NCBI GenBank assembly: GCA_026416665.1
Contig: JAOAET010000014.1
Location: 557 to 64,556, forward strand
Length of the DNA: 64,000 bases
DNA from: Candidatus Omnitrophota bacterium
GTDB lineage: Bacteria > Omnitrophota > Gorgyraeia > Gygaellales > Profunditerraquicolaceae
Direction of reading: 5' to 3'
Under the pieces are notes generated by a model. The model was not told the origin of the DNA, made no database searches, and saw only the letters and a program-made list of their open reading frames with translations. Position 1 is the first letter of the stretch. Every line of letters starts with the position of its first letter. Position numbers and translations under genes: made by a program. Below are positions 55,709 through 64,000 of the stretch, one piece after another.

Positions 55709-56569
55709 TCATGCACGAGGATGAGCATGGTCGTAAATATTCTTTAGCTTCTCTGTGGTAAGGTGAGTATAAATCTGAGTTGTCGATAGATTCGCATGGC
55801 CTAAAAGTTCCTGCACAGTGCGTAAATCTGCGCCTCGGTTAAGCAAATGGGTAGCAAAACTGTGGCGCAAGGTATGTGCAGATACTCCTTTTTGAATGCC
55901 CACTATTCTAATATACTTGGCCACAATATTACGAACCCCTCGGTCCGTAAGACGCCTGCCTGCGCGATTTAAAAAAAGAGCAGACGACTGTTTTTTACGA
56001 TTTGTAAGATAGTTTCTGATTGCTTCTAGTGCCTTGTCTCCAATAGGCACAATACGCTCTTTTTTACCTTTACCTTTTACTTTAATAATACCCCCTATAG
56101 CATCTACATCCTCAACATCTAAACCTACTAGCTCACTAATGCGAATACCTGAGGAGTAAAAGGTCTCTAGAATAGCTCTGTCACGTAAACCTTGCTCATC
56201 TTTAGGAATAATTGCTTCAAGCAGACGAAACATCTCCTCCTCTGTCAGAAACTTAGGTAAACGCCGTTCTATCTTAGGACTTGCCACACTAGCAATAGGA
56301 TTACTCGCTAGTAGCCCTTCGCGAACAAGGAACTTAAAAAATGACCTCAGACAAGACAAATGTCTACAAATAGTGCGATTAGAGGCATTTTTTGCTTTCA
56401 GAGCTGCTAAATAACGCCGAATGGTTAAGTAATCAACACTACTGAGTGGTTGATTGGCCAAAAATTTAAAAAAGTCTTCTAAATCTAGTGAGTAATTAAC
56501 AATGGTGTGTTTTGAATAGTTGCGCTCAATCTCAAGATATCTTAAAAATTTTTCAACTAACCTGTCCAT
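55709..56569 (-). CDS. xerC: tyrosine recombinase XerC/XerD family
   Basis: R...HTLRHSFATHLLNRGADLRTVQELLGH...Y catalytic motif. Confidence 0.8.
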   Translation of the reverse strand: MDRLVEKFLRYLEIERNYSKHTIVNYSLDLEDFFKFLANQPLSSVDYLTIRRYLAALKAKNASNRTICRHLSCLRSFFKFLVREGLLASNPIASVASPKIERRLPKFLTEEEMFRLLEAIIPKDEQGLRDRAILETFYSSGIRISELVGLDVEDVDAIGGIIKVKGKGKKERIVPIGDKALEAIRNYLTNRKKQSSALFLNRAGRRLTDRGVRNIVAKYIRIVGIQKGVSAHTLRHSFATHLLNRGADLRTVQELLGHANLSTTQIYTHLTTEKLKNIYDHAHPRA

Positions 56570-58547
56570 CTTTCGTCGCCAAATCTGGATTTTCCTCAGG
56601 TAAATTTTTAGTTATATAAGTACATTTTGGATACTGGGAACAGCCATAAAAGTAACCTTTTGGTGACCTACGCTGAACTAACTGTCCATTACAGCCTGGT
56701 TGTGGACATTTTATCCCCGTAGAAATGGATTTAGAAAATTTACATTCTGGAAAGCCCGAACAACTTAAAAATTTACCCTTTTTACCCCATTTTATGACTA
56801 GGGGTCTGCCGCATTTCTCACAAATCTGCTGGGTAAGAACTACTTCTTTTTGCATATTTTGTGCAGCAAAATCAAAACTTGCTTTAAAAGGTGCATAAAA
56901 ATCATTTAGGACTTTTAGACGATCGAGTGTCCCTTCCTCAATGGCATCTAATTCCTCTTCCATTGCCGCGGTGAATTTAACATCCATAATCTCAGGGAAA
57001 AAGTGAATAAGCATTTCCGTTACTTTCATCCCTAGTTCGGTGGGGTGGAGGTAGCCTTTTACACGGTGGACATATCCACGCTGAATAAGTGTAGAGATAA
57101 TTGGGGCATAAGTTGAAGGCCGCCCTATGCCCTCTTCTTCTAAAACTTTTACTAAAGAACTATCCGAAAAACGTGCAGGTGGTTTAGTAAAATGTTCTGA
57201 AGGTAAAAGCTCTAACAATTGCAAGACTTCTCCTTCTTCTAACAAAGGCAAAGGAGGACGTTTGTTTGTATCTTCGCTTTGAGGATAAATTCTTAAAAAG
57301 CCGTCAAAGATAAGTTCGCTTGCTGTGCCATAAAAAAGATAATCTCCTGCCTTTATTTCTACCGATGTCTGTTTAAAACGTGCTGGTCTCATCTGGCTGG
57401 CCATAAATCTTCGGTAAATAAGTTCATATAACCTATATTGGTCATCATTAAGGTATTTACGGACTTTATCTGGAGTTAGAGTTGGTCTGGTGGGTCTTAT
57501 TGCCTCATGTGCTTCTTGAGCAAATTTCTTATTTTTATATACTGGTGGTTCTTCGGGTAGATAATTAATGCCGTAATTATCTAAAATAAACTTCCGTGCC
57601 TCTTCTACTGCTTCAGGTGCAAGATTAGTTGAGTCTGTGCGCATATAGGTAATAAGCCCAATAGGAGTTTCTTCTGCTATATCAATGCCTTCGTAAAGCT
57701 GTTGGGCAATAAGCATAGTCTTTACTGCATTAAACCGTAGTTTATTAAATGCCTCCTGCTGTAAAGTACTAGTGGTAAAAGGTGGCTCAGGATAGCGGTT
57801 CTTTTCTTGGTATTTTACTTCCTGAACAATAAACTGGCATTTTTCTAATTCTTCACAAATAGCCAATGCCTGATCCTTTGTTTTTATCTCTAACTTCTCG
57901 GAATTTTTCTTTTCAAGTTTGGCTATAAAATCTTTTTCATCTGTTTCCTTTTTTTTTAATCTTGCCTCAATTTGCCAATATTGTTGTGGAATAAATGCCT
58001 GAATTAACTTCTCGCGTTCTACAATAAGACGTAAAGCCACAGACTGGACTCTACCTGCACTTAAACCCCTAGCAACCTTTTTCCATAACAAAGGGCTCAG
58101 GTAATAACCCACAATACGATCCAGAATCCGACGAGCAATTTGAGCCTCTACCATCTTAGAATCAAAATCCCGCGGATGAGTAAAAGCCTCTCTCACTGCC
58201 TCGGAAGTAATCTGATGGAAAGTAACTCGTTTGACATCTTTGTCTTTTAGAATCTCTTCTTTGATGTGCCAACCAATCGCTTCTCCTTCGCGGTCAGGAT
58301 CAGTAGCAATATAAACTTTTTCTACATCACTTGCGCTCTTTTTTAACTGATTTAGAATCTTCTTTTTCCCTGGAAGGACATTGTAGGAAGGAATAAAACC
58401 TCTTGGTATATCTACTCCTAACGTCTTTTCAGGCAAATCTATTACGTGCCCCATAGAGGCTAAAACCTGATAGTTTTTACCTAAGATTCTACTTATGGTT
58501 TTTGCCTTCGTAGGTGACTCAACAATCACAAGACTTTTTTCTGCCAC
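56553..58547 (-). CDS. topA: DNA topoisomerase I
   Basis: LVIVESPTKAKTI Toprim and C-terminal Cys4 zinc ribbons. Confidence 0.9.
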   Translation of the reverse strand: MAEKSLVIVESPTKAKTISRILGKNYQVLASMGHVIDLPEKTLGVDIPRGFIPSYNVLPGKKKILNQLKKSASDVEKVYIATDPDREGEAIGWHIKEEILKDKDVKRVTFHQITSEAVREAFTHPRDFDSKMVEAQIARRILDRIVGYYLSPLLWKKVARGLSAGRVQSVALRLIVEREKLIQAFIPQQYWQIEARLKKKETDEKDFIAKLEKKNSEKLEIKTKDQALAICEELEKCQFIVQEVKYQEKNRYPEPPFTTSTLQQEAFNKLRFNAVKTMLIAQQLYEGIDIAEETPIGLITYMRTDSTNLAPEAVEEARKFILDNYGINYLPEEPPVYKNKKFAQEAHEAIRPTRPTLTPDKVRKYLNDDQYRLYELIYRRFMASQMRPARFKQTSVEIKAGDYLFYGTASELIFDGFLRIYPQSEDTNKRPPLPLLEEGEVLQLLELLPSEHFTKPPARFSDSSLVKVLEEEGIGRPSTYAPIISTLIQRGYVHRVKGYLHPTELGMKVTEMLIHFFPEIMDVKFTAAMEEELDAIEEGTLDRLKVLNDFYAPFKASFDFAAQNMQKEVVLTQQICEKCGRPLVIKWGKKGKFLSCSGFPECKFSKSISTGIKCPQPGCNGQLVQRRSPKGYFYGCSQYPKCTYITKNLPEENPDLATKDGQVS

Positions 58548-59640
58548 TTTCTCTCCTGTAAACTAAACCCTTTTCAGAGGTAGAAATTAATCCTTTTAGC
58601 TCTAACTGGAATAGAACACTACAAATCTCTGGAACAGTTTTACCAGTAGAAGCTACTAATTCATCAATAGTTGTAGGTTTGGCAGATATTATATTATATA
58701 AATGGAGCTGAAAGCAAGATAATCCTTTGTTTGCTTCCTCATCGGTTATTTTATTTAACTGTGTTACTTGTTTAAGGGAAGGCAGTTCTTCAAGAATATC
58801 TTGGACACAAATCACCAATTTTGCCCCTTGCTGAATAAGCAAATTGCAACCAAGGTAATGGGCTTGGTCAATATTACCAGGTAATACAAATACCTCTCTT
58901 GCTTGCTCTAAGGCATAATCTGCGGTAATTAATGCCCCGCTATTTCTTGCTGCCTCAACTATCAATACCCCTAAAGATAACCCACTTATTATTCTGTTTC
59001 TTCTAGGAAAATTATTTTTAAACGGCGGACAATTAAGTGGAAATTCTGAAATAACTGCTCCAGATTCTGCAATACGTGCGGCTAAAGCTATATTTTCTTT
59101 TGGATAGATGTTAGCTAGACCACTTCCCAAAACTCCAACGGTCCTACCCTTTACTTTTAAGGCAGCAATATGGCTGGCGGTATCAATCCCCCGTGCAAGA
59201 CCAGAGATAATAGTAATCTGCATTTGGGCCAATTCTGCAGCAAACTCATTGGCATAGCGCAAACCTAACAAACTGGCATTGCGGCAGCCTACTATGGCAA
59301 TACTACGTATATCACTATCTAATATTGCACCTTTCATATATAAAACTACAGGTGCATCTTCAATAAAATGCAAATTAGTAGGGTATTCTGGTTCATTATA
59401 AGTAATAATCTTAATATCTCTTTTTTTAGCTAAAGATAGCTCCAGAGAAACTTCTTGTTCCTTAAGGGTAGCAAGTTTTTCTGCTAAATGTAAATCTATC
59501 TTGGCCAGCTGTTCTGGATTTTTCCGACAAGCAAATAAAATCTCCTTTGCTGAACCAAATACCTCCAATAATGGCTTTAGACGACTGACAGTAATTAGTC
59601 CAGTCAAATTAAGCGCAACCAAAGCCTCTTTTTCTTCCAT
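58519..59640 (-). CDS. dprA: DNA processing protein A (Smf)
   Basis: ISGLARGIDTASH Rossmann-like DprA core. Located upstream of topA. Confidence 0.8.
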   Translation of the reverse strand: MEEKEALVALNLTGLITVSRLKPLLEVFGSAKEILFACRKNPEQLAKIDLHLAEKLATLKEQEVSLELSLAKKRDIKIITYNEPEYPTNLHFIEDAPVVLYMKGAILDSDIRSIAIVGCRNASLLGLRYANEFAAELAQMQITIISGLARGIDTASHIAALKVKGRTVGVLGSGLANIYPKENIALAARIAESGAVISEFPLNCPPFKNNFPRRNRIISGLSLGVLIVEAARNSGALITADYALEQAREVFVLPGNIDQAHYLGCNLLIQQGAKLVICVQDILEELPSLKQVTQLNKITDEEANKGLSCFQLHLYNIISAKPTTIDELVASTGKTVPEICSVLFQLELKGLISTSEKGLVYRRESGRKKSCDC

Positions 59641-59725
59641 CTCGATAATCCTTTCTATAAATTAAAAGACGTTTGTCTGGCAATAATCTCACTATATCCG
59701 AACAATACTTTAATCTTTAGATAAC

Positions 59726-60226
59726 CTATAGATTCAACTTCCGTAGGATTTGACAAGCTACCTCATAAGGAGTAATATCAGAGGTATCTATAGATAAATC
59801 TGCCTGTGCATAAAAAGGTTGGCGTTGTTGAAGTAATTGTCTTATTTTCTCCTCTGGGTTATCCACTAGTAACAAAGGACGATGCCCAAGTCCTCTTGTG
59901 CGTTCTAGGATCACTGGAATACGCGCAGTTAAACAAACCATTATTCCAGTTTTTTTCATTAAGGCAATGTTTTCAGGGTCAAGAACAATGCCTCCACCAC
60001 AAGAGATAATCTGATTTTTTTGCTGAGCAACTTCTTTAAGTATTTGTTTTTCTATTTTTCGAAAATACGGTTCTCCTTTTTCTTTAAATATCTCAACAAT
60101 AAGCTTGCCCTCTCTTTGCTCAATAAGCTGGTCTAAATCAAGAGGAGGCCATTGCTTAAGCTGGGCAAGCTGGCGGGCAACCACGCTCTTGCCTGTTCCC
60201 ATAAACCCAGTTAGATAGATATTCAT
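59726..60226 (-). CDS. aroK: shikimate kinase
   Basis: NIYLTGFMGTGKSVVARQLA P-loop; 166 aa. Confidence 0.85.
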   Translation of the reverse strand: MNIYLTGFMGTGKSVVARQLAQLKQWPPLDLDQLIEQREGKLIVEIFKEKGEPYFRKIEKQILKEVAQQKNQIISCGGGIVLDPENIALMKKTGIMVCLTARIPVILERTRGLGHRPLLLVDNPEEKIRQLLQQRQPFYAQADLSIDTSDITPYEVACQILRKLNL

Positions 60227-60322
60227 ACCACTAACAAAGCAGTTGTCTTGCTGGCGTCATTACTAATTGCTACACCAGCAAAAAACAACTGATTAAAAAC
60301 TCTGGCCTTGATTAATCCCTGC

Positions 60323-60589
60323 TTACTGCTGATAAGCCTCCAACACCACTTCCTGTAATAACTTCTGCGCTTCTTTAGTTGCGGCAAAAAAACTGTTATA
60401 CCACTTGCCATCTTTTGCTTTCTCTTGAGGCATAGACAGAAACAGTCCGTTTTTACCCTCTAAAATCTTCAATCCCTTAACAATAAAATCTCCTATTGCA
60501 ATATCCACAAAGGCCTTGATTTTAGAGCCACCATCAATACGATACAGTCTTACTACCTGAATACTACATACTTCGTTCATCTTTATCAC
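60323..60589 (-). CDS. spoVG: SpoVG-family protein
   Basis: VRLYRIDGGSKIKAFVDIAIGDFIVKGLKILEGKNGLFLSMPQEK closely matches the SpoVG core. GTG start. Confidence 0.8.
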   Translation of the reverse strand: MIKMNEVCSIQVVRLYRIDGGSKIKAFVDIAIGDFIVKGLKILEGKNGLFLSMPQEKAKDGKWYNSFFAATKEAQKLLQEVVLEAYQQ

Positions 60590-60625
60590 CTCCTTTACTT
60601 ATATAGACGTAAAGGAGACAACAAT
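60590..60625 (-). promoter_or_regulatory. stem-loop sequestering the spoVG Shine-Dalgarno (coordinates approximate, +/-3)
   Basis: Minus-strand RNA CUCCUUUAC-gucuauauaa-GUAAAGGAG immediately 5' of gugauaaag-AUG. The 3' arm contains the AAGGAGG SD. Confidence 0.4.
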
Positions 60626-60660
60626 CTAACTTTTTTTAAAGTCTTTATCAAAAAAAATCC

Positions 60661-61716
60661 CTATCGAATTCTACGTAAGTAAAACTGGTATGCTTTTTTT
60701 ATATCAGAAAGAACATCTGCACCAAACTTTTCTAGCAAGGCATCCGCTAACACGAATGCAACTACAGACTCTGCCACCACACCAGCAGATTGAACCGCAC
60801 AGACATCTGAACGCTCAGTAGCTGCTTTAGCAGGCTTGTTGGTGGATACATTCACCGAATTTAGGGGATTCATTAAGGTGGCTATTGGTTTCATACAACA
60901 AGACAGATGTATATCTTCACCATTAGAGATACCTCCTTCAATGCCACCGGCATTATTGGTCAAACGGAAATATCCTTTCTTTTTGTTATAGTAAATAGCA
61001 TCGTGTACCTGGGAGCCAAAACGCTTGGCATAACCAAAACCTAAACCAATTTCTACTGCTTTAATTCCGGGTATAGCCATCAATGCCCCAGCAAGTCGAC
61101 CATCAAGCCTTCGGTCAGGATGTACATAACTACCTAATCCCGCTGGTACATTATGACAACATATCTGAAAAGTCCCCCCCACTGTATCATTACGTTGCAT
61201 AGCTTGTTTAATTTTCTCAATACGTTCTTTCAAACTGGTAGCTCCTCCAATAGAAGTGACTGTGCTGTTTATAGAAATATTAAATTCTTTAAGTAAAAGT
61301 TTACATACCGCACCTATTGCTACAGTGGCAGCTGTGCTACGGGCAGAAGCTCGTTCAAGACATTCCCGTATATCACTAAAACCATACTTAAGATAACCTG
61401 CAAGGTCCGCATGCCCTGGTCTGGGACAGAACACAGGATGTAAGGTTTCAATACTAAAGTCTTTATTATGAATTATCATTGCAATAGGACTGGCTAAAGT
61501 CTTTTGTGCCTTAAGCCCTGAAAATATCTCTGCTGTATCATGTTCAATCTTCATTCGAGCTCCTCTTCCAAATCCCATTTGTCTGCGCCTAAGTTCTGCG
61601 TTGATAAAATCTACATCAATGCGCAACCCCGCAGGTAAACCCTCTAAAATTGCAATTAAGCCTTTTCCATGCGACTCCCCAGCAGTAAGGTATCTTAACA
61701 TACTTACCTCCTCCAT
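60661..61716 (-). CDS. aroC: chorismate synthase
   Basis: MLRYLTAGESHGKGLIAILEGLPAGL and GRSSARETA-like motifs. Confidence 0.9.
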   Translation of the reverse strand: MEEVSMLRYLTAGESHGKGLIAILEGLPAGLRIDVDFINAELRRRQMGFGRGARMKIEHDTAEIFSGLKAQKTLASPIAMIIHNKDFSIETLHPVFCPRPGHADLAGYLKYGFSDIRECLERASARSTAATVAIGAVCKLLLKEFNISINSTVTSIGGATSLKERIEKIKQAMQRNDTVGGTFQICCHNVPAGLGSYVHPDRRLDGRLAGALMAIPGIKAVEIGLGFGYAKRFGSQVHDAIYYNKKKGYFRLTNNAGGIEGGISNGEDIHLSCCMKPIATLMNPLNSVNVSTNKPAKAATERSDVCAVQSAGVVAESVVAFVLADALLEKFGADVLSDIKKAYQFYLRRIR

Positions 61717-61810
61717 ATTTATCTTCTGAATTTTAGAAAAAATCTTTGGTTTATTTCCACAGCCACAGCTAATGTTATAGACGTTATCTTTAAAACAGTT
61801 TTATCTCTAC

Positions 61811-62401
61811 TTATTCTTCAGCCCATAGTCCTCGTTTACTTTCCCGTGCCTCTTTATATAATTGTCTAAATAAATCAACATACTTTACGTTCGGCGGATA
61901 GGTTAATAGATTAGCATAGCCTTGCTTGATTATTTCGGCATTTACAAATGTCCCGTCAGGCAAAAAGACATAGGCCAAAAGACGACCATAACGGTCTGTT
62001 TTTTCGATATCAAACTCAAGGCGCACGCGTTTTCCTTCAACTAACTGGCGAGTAAAAGCAAAGGACTTTTGACCAAGCTGCTTAATAGTCCTTATATCTT
62101 TCCCTGAACGCTGACTGTCTTTATATAATTTAGTTGATTCGTGAATTTCTGGTGTATCAATTCCAATTAAGCGTAATCTCTGCCCGTTTTCTAAAACTAA
62201 AGTGTCACCATCAACTACTCGTATGACCAGAATATTATCATAGGAATAACTTTTGCCCCAAGGAATACCTATTTTTGCTTCGCCTCTTCCACCTACTTCA
62301 CCTGAACAACCGCAAAAAGTCAAACTTATCACTAAGCATATAATAAAAAGTTTATTTGTCAGTTTATATCTTTCTATGCTTCTATCAGCCTTTTTTTTCA
62401 T
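61811..62401 (-). CDS. thermonuclease (staphylococcal nuclease-like) with signal/lipoprotein N-terminus
   Basis: VIRVVDGDTLVLENGQRLRLIGIDTPE...RYGRLLAYVF SNase fold motifs. Confidence 0.8.
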   Translation of the reverse strand: MKKKADRSIERYKLTNKLFIICLVISLTFCGCSGEVGGRGEAKIGIPWGKSYSYDNILVIRVVDGDTLVLENGQRLRLIGIDTPEIHESTKLYKDSQRSGKDIRTIKQLGQKSFAFTRQLVEGKRVRLEFDIEKTDRYGRLLAYVFLPDGTFVNAEIIKQGYANLLTYPPNVKYVDLFRQLYKEARESKRGLWAEE

Positions 62402-62422
62402 AAGAAACTATTTTTGTAAAAA

Positions 62423-62983
62423 TTAAATCTTTTGTGCAATAAAACCAGCCAAAACCGCAATATCCTCAGTACAGAAAACTTGGGAAATATTTTGGTCAAA
62501 AAGCATATTTACCTCAGCAGGCAATTCCTCATCTTCACCCCAAATCTCTATTAAAACAGGTACCTCTGGAAACACCTCTAACCTAATGGCTGCATCCGCT
62601 TGTTTGACTTTTTCACCAGGCAAGTGCTTTAAACAGTTATATAGGTCAAGCGGATTATGTCCAAACTTGTCAATTAGAGAAAGTAACACCCGCCTTCGAA
62701 AAGCGGGGTAGTAACTGTCGCCACCTGGTAACTCACGAAATGATATCCACTGCCCCGTTATCTTAGGTAATCCCGCTATTTTCCTTAAAAGGTAATGAAT
62801 TATTAGAAGTGACAACCACTGTTTGGCTACTTCTCTACCATTACACACTAACTCTAAGTTAGGTTTAACCCAATATTTCTCTCCGAGGAAAATCACCACA
62901 AACTCTTTAGTACTTTGCTGTCTCTTCTTAAGTAAATCAATAAGAGTATTCCAGGAATTCTTAAGCGCTATTTCATACCCCAT
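62423..62983 (-). CDS. hypothetical protein
   Basis: 186 aa, no confident family. Confidence 0.4.
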   Translation of the reverse strand: MGYEIALKNSWNTLIDLLKKRQQSTKEFVVIFLGEKYWVKPNLELVCNGREVAKQWLSLLIIHYLLRKIAGLPKITGQWISFRELPGGDSYYPAFRRRVLLSLIDKFGHNPLDLYNCLKHLPGEKVKQADAAIRLEVFPEVPVLIEIWGEDEELPAEVNMLFDQNISQVFCTEDIAVLAGFIAQKI

Positions 62984-63130
62984 AAAATTATTCTACTCTT
63001 TTTATTAGATAAATCAACGGTTTTACATTATAATAGTGAAAGATTAAAAGCAAGAACACTTAATTAAGTGTTATGAACAGAATGCTTATCTTCGTTTTAA
63101 ATATCTGCGAGTAACAGAACGACAAAGACT

Positions 63131-64000
63131 ATGCTCTACGACAAATTTCAGCAAGAAGCAATTAATGCCATTAATAATGGTTTATCCGTATTAGTATCTG
63201 CTCCTACCGGCGCAGGAAAAACAGCTATTGCTGAACATGTCATTCAAAATTGTCTCGATAAAGGGGTAGGTTGTATCTACACCGCGCCCATTAAAGCACT
63301 TTCTAACCAAAAGTTCAGAGACTTTCAACAGCAATATCACGATAATATCGGCATACTTACAGGAGATGTTTGTCTCAATTCTAATGCACCAGTATTAATT
63401 ATGACCACTGAGATTTTTCGCAATAAAATATTGGATGAACCAGAAAGCCTTAAACCATATCATTGGATTATCTTTGATGAAATTCACTATATTGACAATT
63501 ACGAACGAGGCACTGTCTGGGAAGAGGCGCTAATGTTTTTACCAAAACATATGAACTTTTTGGGGTTATCTGCCACTATCCCAAATTGTAAAGAGTTAGC
63601 TAATTGGCTGGAGACTATTCATCAAAGACCTGTTGCAGTAATTATTGAAAATAAACGACCAGTGCCATTGCATTTCTTCTTTCAATATAACAACCAGATT
63701 GTAGATAAAATAAATCTTTTGCGACGCACACATCTAGTTAAACCTAATCGGCTACACACACTTATTGAATACATCCGGAATAAACAAGGGTTACCTTGCA
63801 TTTATTTTGTCTTTGGCAGACGCCGAACCGAAGAACTTGCCTGTGAACTGTCAACTTACAATTTCTTGAATAAAGAAGAGCAAGAGAGTATTGAAAAGAT
63901 GTTCTTTGAACTTTGTCAAAAGTTTGAGTTAACTTATGAAAAAAGTACCCAATTATTGTATCCTCTAATTAAACGCGGTATTGCCTATCATCATGCAGGG
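63131..64000 (+). CDS. DExH-box (Ski2/Lhr-like) helicase, 5' partial: runs off the window end
   Basis: Hand translation: Q-motif FQQEAI, Walker A APTGAGKT, DEIH box, SAT motif. No stop before position 64000. Not in the ORF track because it is open-ended. Confidence 0.75.
   Translation, partial: MLYDKFQQEAINAINNGLSVLVSAPTGAGKTAIAEHVIQNCLDKGVGCIYTAPIKALSNQKFRDFQQQYHDNIGILTGDVCLNSNAPVLIMTTEIFRNKILDEPESLKPYHWIIFDEIHYIDNYERGTVWEEALMFLPKHMNFLGLSATIPNCKELANWLETIHQRPVAVIIENKRPVPLHFFFQYNNQIVDKINLLRRTHLVKPNRLHTLIEYIRNKQGLPCIYFVFGRRRTEELACELSTYNFLNKEEQESIEKMFFELCQKFELTYEKSTQLLYPLIKRGIAYHHAG

Noticed and set aside
55709-56569. Tyrosine recombinase as a sign of a mobile element or integron
   Set aside because: Its context (dprA–topA–xerC, aroK, aroC) is a conserved chromosomal housekeeping arrangement. 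No flanking repeats, integrase-associated att sites or cargo were seen. It is interpreted as XerC/D dimer-resolution recombinase.
60223-60411. 62-aa minus-strand ORF overlapping spoVG and the aroK 3' end
   Set aside because: It overlaps the well-supported spoVG frame and has no motif. It is a chance ORF.
1-64000. Search for CRISPR arrays, tRNA/rRNA genes and IS elements
   Set aside because: No regularly spaced direct repeats, no cloverleaf-compatible GC-rich ~75-nt segments in the few intergenic gaps, and no transposase-like ORFs were seen. tRNA absence is by eye only and should be confirmed with tRNAscan.

Overview
This 64-kb window is AT-rich, and almost every gene lies on the minus strand. 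The LPS/lipid-A genes (lpxK, an lpxL-like gene, waaA/kdtA, GT9 heptosyltransferases) indicate a diderm bacterium. The [FeFe] hydrogenase and nitroreductase suggest an anaerobe. Main blocks, in window order:

(1) 5–22800: one uninterrupted minus-strand array encoding two type IV filament (T2SS/T4P-like) machineries. It contains two GspE/PilB-family ATPases, one of which has an MshEN-like c-di-GMP motif pair. It also has two secretins, one short with a separately encoded N0–N1 partner. Further components are PilC/GspF, a PilM–PilN (GspL-like) fusion, PilO/GspM, two PilP/GspC-like proteins, a TPR protein, four pseudopilins (one with a beta-helix tip domain) and a T2SSE_N–PilZ fusion. Embedded near secretin 1 are three tandem signal-peptide-bearing ER/K-rich proteins with predicted coiled-coil or single-alpha-helix structure. 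A similar ER/K tail sits on secretin 1 itself, and a secreted HExxH metallopeptidase lies next to it. This is the most unusual part of the window.

(2) 22893–25126 (+): two tandem ComFB–CheR fusion methyltransferases with no other chemotaxis genes in the window.

(3) 26170–30526: an HndABCD-like multimeric [FeFe] hydrogenase, followed by a GltS-domain FMN protein.

(4) 32552–41562 plus 54351: LPS core and lipid A genes, including GT4–GT9 and LpxL–ELM1 fusions.

(5) A large GH94-like protein.

(6) A lexA–orf–dinB SOS operon preceded by a 20-bp palindrome that may be the LexA operator.

(7) Housekeeping genes: copA (with a TRASH/YHS domain), an SPFH protein, a HAD hydrolase, a STAS–PilZ fusion, xerC/D, topA, dprA, aroK, spoVG, aroC, an SNase-like nuclease and a partial DExH helicase.

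I recognised no rRNA, tRNA, CRISPR array or IS element by eye. All calls rest on motif and architecture recognition from the supplied translations, not on database searches. Coordinates of non-ORF features are approximate to within a few bases.
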